From contig JBAZSC010000002.1 of the NCBI GenBank assembly GCA_041662665.1, positions 5,735 to 69,734 of the forward strand: a stretch of DNA of 64,000 bases, written 5' to 3'. How positions within the stretch are numbered: the stretch's first letter is position 1; each line of letters opens with the position of its first letter. The stretch is from Patescibacteria group bacterium. Lineage in GTDB: Bacteria; Patescibacteriota; JABMPQ01; JAQVVF01. A model generated the notes under the pieces. That model searched no databases. It was not told the origin of the DNA and worked only from the letters and a program-made list of their open reading frames with translations. Position numbers and translations under genes: made by a program. Shown here one piece after another: positions 59,469 to 64,000 of the stretch.

Positions 59469-60791
59469 TTAATATCCTATTTTTTTCTCAAAATAATCTT
59501 TTAATCCCTCAATTTCAACTCTTTCTTGTTCCATTGAGTCTCGATCTCTAACAGTCACTTTTTTATCTTCCAAACTATCAAAATCAATAGTCACACAATA
59601 TGGTGTCCCAATCTCATCTTGTCTTCTGTATAATTTTCCAATACTTCCAGAATCATCATACATTGAAACAAATTTTGTTTTTAAATCATTAAATATTTTT
59701 CTTGCCAAATCAGTAATTTCAGTTTTATTTTTTGCTAATGGTAAAACTGCAATTTTAATAGGTGCAATTTTTGGATGAAATTTTAATACCACTCTAACTT
59801 GATCTTTAACGGATTCTTCATGATAAGCATCTACCAAAAATGCTAAACAAGCTCGATCAGCACCAGCTGAAGTCTCAATAATGTTCGGAACAAATTTTGT
59901 GTTCAGCTTAGTATCGAAATATGACAGGTCTTGTTTTGAAGATTTTGCATGATTAGAAAGATCCCAATCACCACGATCATGAATACCTTCTAATTCTTTA
60001 TTATCAAAAGGAAAATCATATTCAATATCAAAAGCAGCTTTAGCATAATGCGCTAAATCTTCTTTTGCATGTTCATGAAATTTTAATTTTTCTGGATTTA
60101 TGCCAAGATCAACATACCATTGCATTCTCAATTTTTTCCATTCTTCAAAATATTTTTCATTCTCACCTGGTCTTATAAAAAATTGTTGCTCCATTTGTTC
60201 AAATTCTCTCATTCTGTAAGTAAAATTACCTGGTGTAATTTCATTGCGAAAAGCTTTTCCAATTTGTGCAATACCAAAAGGAATCTTTGGTCTCATTGTA
60301 TCTAAAACATTTTTAAAATTAACATAAATACCTTGGCAAGTTTCAGCCCGAAGATAAGTAATACTTGAATCATTTTCAAGTGGACCAACAAATGTCTTCA
60401 TCATTAAATTAAATTTTCTAACCTCGCCCAATTCACCACCACATTCTGGACATTTTGTAATTGCTTGCTCCTTCAAATGATCTGCGCGAAACCTTTTGTT
60501 GCATTTTTTACATTCTGCCATTGGGTCTGCAAAACCAGCTGACAAATGGCCAGATGCATACCAAACTTTTGGCGACATTAAAATCGAAGCATCTAATCCG
60601 ACAATGTCTTCTCGATCATGAACCATTGTTTTCCACCATTGTTGCTTAATATTATTTTTTAATTCAACTCCAATTGGACCGTAATCATAACAAGAAGAAA
60701 ATCCACCATAAATTTCTGAAGACGGAAATATAAATCCGCGTCTTTTTGCTAATGATACAATTTTATCCATTAAATTTTCCATATAAATCAC
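59469..60791 (-). CDS. glyQS: glycyl-tRNA synthetase (dimeric GlyQS type)
   Basis: 'VSLAKRRGFIFPSSEIYGG'; class II motifs and anticodon-binding domain. The true start is probably at MENLMDK (60782). Confidence 0.9.
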   Translation of the reverse strand: MIYMENLMDKIVSLAKRRGFIFPSSEIYGGFSSCYDYGPIGVELKNNIKQQWWKTMVHDREDIVGLDASILMSPKVWYASGHLSAGFADPMAECKKCNKRFRADHLKEQAITKCPECGGELGEVRKFNLMMKTFVGPLENDSSITYLRAETCQGIYVNFKNVLDTMRPKIPFGIAQIGKAFRNEITPGNFTYRMREFEQMEQQFFIRPGENEKYFEEWKKLRMQWYVDLGINPEKLKFHEHAKEDLAHYAKAAFDIEYDFPFDNKELEGIHDRGDWDLSNHAKSSKQDLSYFDTKLNTKFVPNIIETSAGADRACLAFLVDAYHEESVKDQVRVVLKFHPKIAPIKIAVLPLAKNKTEITDLARKIFNDLKTKFVSMYDDSGSIGKLYRRQDEIGTPYCVTIDFDSLEDKKVTVRDRDSMEQERVEIEGLKDYFEKKIGY

Positions 60792-60903
60792 TTAAACACT
60801 AAAACACTCGAAACAAAAAAACAATCAAGTATTTTAGGTTTTGTTTATAAATTTACAACTAAATTTTACCATAAAAAAACTGGATCATCAATGAAATCCA
60901 GTA

Positions 60904-62265
60904 TTACGAAAAGTTCTTCAAAATTCCACGAGCTGCAATCACTCCAGTTGCAGCTGCTCCAACAATATTTCCAGAAACACCAGCACCATCACCAGCCATA
61001 AAAAGTCCAGGCATTTTTGTCATCAAATTTACATCAGTACCAATTCTTGATGACCTAGGTTTCAATTCTGGTGCATACAAAAGAGTTGAACCATCATTAA
61101 TACCAGGCATTACTCTTTCCAAAATTTCCAATCCCTCCAATAGATTTGTCACAATCCTTCCTGACAATGCCATTGCAATATCACCCGGCGTTACATCCTC
61201 CAAAGTTGGACGAACATTGCTCTTTCTAATTCTATCCCACGTACTTCTCCTACCTGCTCTCAAATCAGCCAATCTTTGCAAAACTGGTCTTCCTCCACCC
61301 AAAGTCGTCGCAACTTTCGCAATAGCTTGAGCATAAAGCGTTGTATTCTCTATTGGCGCATCCAATTGCACTTCTGTCAAAAAAGCAAAGTTTGAATTGC
61401 CAGAATCATGCTTTGAACTTGAATGACCATTGACACCTACAAAACCTTCATCATAATTCTCTGTTGCAACCTTACCTCCAGGACAAGGACAAAAAGTCCT
61501 GACCAAATCATCATGAGTAGGAGTTTGGATTAAAAAGATTGCTTCATACATTACATCTGCATATTTTCTCATAATTACTTCTGGAAATTCAACTCGAACA
61601 CCAATCAACACCTTTTCATAGCTCAAACCAAGATTAAAATGCTTAGCCAATCTTTGTAGCCAAGTTGCTCCAGGACGACCAGGTACCAACAAAACATTAT
61701 CTGCCAAAATAATATCTCCACCACTTATTACTACACCCTTGCATTTTCCTTCAACTTCATGAAGTCTCTCAATAAAACAACAAGTGCGAAAAACAACTCC
61801 GTGTGCAATCAGATGATCCTGAAAACTTTGCATTACTTTAGGCAATTTGTCCGAACCAACATGTCGAACTCTTCTTGGAACCAACCTCATTCCCTGAATC
61901 AATGCTTCATCAACCAATCTTCTCACTACATCTTGATCTTCATCTTTTGGAAAATAATTTTCTGGAGCACCATGTTTTGTAAATGACCTATCAACGCCAT
62001 CAACAACTCTCTGGTATTCTGACAATCCAACTAAACTCAACATTGTCTCATGACTCAAAACAGGCGTCACATGAAGCTTTCCATCAGAAAAAGTCCCTGA
62101 TCCACCTACGCCATTCATAATGTCTTTCTTTGTTCTATCTTGAACCAGCTTACCTTTCTCAACAATACAAACCTTCAAATCAGGCCTCATCGAAACCAAC
62201 TCATACGCTGCAAACAAACCAGCCGGCCCAGCACCTACGATCACAACATCGAACTTGTCTGGCAT
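60904..62265 (-). CDS. FAD-dependent oxidoreductase (COG2509-like)
   Basis: 'DVVIVGAGPAGLFAAYEL' dinucleotide-binding motif. GC-rich. SD 'AGGGAGGAAGGAG'. Confidence 0.7.
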   Translation of the reverse strand: MPDKFDVVIVGAGPAGLFAAYELVSMRPDLKVCIVEKGKLVQDRTKKDIMNGVGGSGTFSDGKLHVTPVLSHETMLSLVGLSEYQRVVDGVDRSFTKHGAPENYFPKDEDQDVVRRLVDEALIQGMRLVPRRVRHVGSDKLPKVMQSFQDHLIAHGVVFRTCCFIERLHEVEGKCKGVVISGGDIILADNVLLVPGRPGATWLQRLAKHFNLGLSYEKVLIGVRVEFPEVIMRKYADVMYEAIFLIQTPTHDDLVRTFCPCPGGKVATENYDEGFVGVNGHSSSKHDSGNSNFAFLTEVQLDAPIENTTLYAQAIAKVATTLGGGRPVLQRLADLRAGRRSTWDRIRKSNVRPTLEDVTPGDIAMALSGRIVTNLLEGLEILERVMPGINDGSTLLYAPELKPRSSRIGTDVNLMTKMPGLFMAGDGAGVSGNIVGAAATGVIAARGILKNFS

Positions 62266-62387
62266 CTCCTTCCTCCCTTGTCCGCCGAAGTTCCGCAGAA
62301 CGAAGGCGGAATTTGTCCACCTAGCTCCGCAGAGCGAAGGCGAACTCGTTGTCCACCTAGCTAAACGAAAGCAAAAACGAACATTGT
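62266..62387. repeat. GC-rich leader with two tandem ~34-nt repeats and a CCGCC...GGCGG hairpin module
   Basis: 'ccgcagaRcgaaggcgRa' x2 and 'tgtccacctagct' x2, alternating. Confidence 0.7.

Positions 62388-64000
<1,613 letters not shown>

Overview
This window is AT-rich (~30% GC), gene-dense, and looks like a small-genome, CPR/Patescibacteria-like bacterium using the standard genetic code. About 68 protein genes, mostly on the minus strand, are called below, with one tRNA and several terminators and repeats.

**Core genes.** recQ, ndk, ftsA-ftsZ, dgkA, ybeY, rpsU, hisS, lepB, an LCP protein, der, pth, mfd, dprA, topA, rel, parA-parB, glyA, tsaC, glmS, leuS, tatD, metG, rsmI, an M16 peptidase, a GGDEF cyclase, glyQS, tgt, GT2 and GT4 glycosyltransferases, and a split ComEC.

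**tRNA.** There is one tRNA-Leu(CAA) with a sigma70-like promoter. A free-standing LAGLIDADG homing endonuclease gene follows it immediately.

**Atypical content.**
- leuS carries an internal ~190-aa YdeN/RBBP9-like serine-hydrolase domain inserted at the PIPIVY / IPVPEEDLP junction. The gene is flanked by a 20-nt direct repeat.
- There are several GC-rich islands (~45-50% GC) in the AT-rich background.
- Two GC-rich islands are cassettes of small overlapping genes with strong Shine-Dalgarno sequences. Genes at 5779-6684 encode two paralogs with a CDCQ motif and a small protein with an optionally degenerate SDVC segment. Genes at 44689-45564 encode three small overlapping proteins downstream of a C39-like peptidase.
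- A conserved GC-rich leader/palindromic module (CCGCCGAAG...CGAAGGCGG) is shared by the GC-rich cassettes and an FAD oxidoreductase gene.
- A pair of unknown paralogs sits beside mfd.
- Several families of short intergenic repeats recur: CGCTGAT heptad arrays, GAAT/ATTC palindromic elements, and a tagtctaacca element.

No rRNA or CRISPR array was seen. All protein identifications come from motif recognition in the supplied translations, not from database searches.
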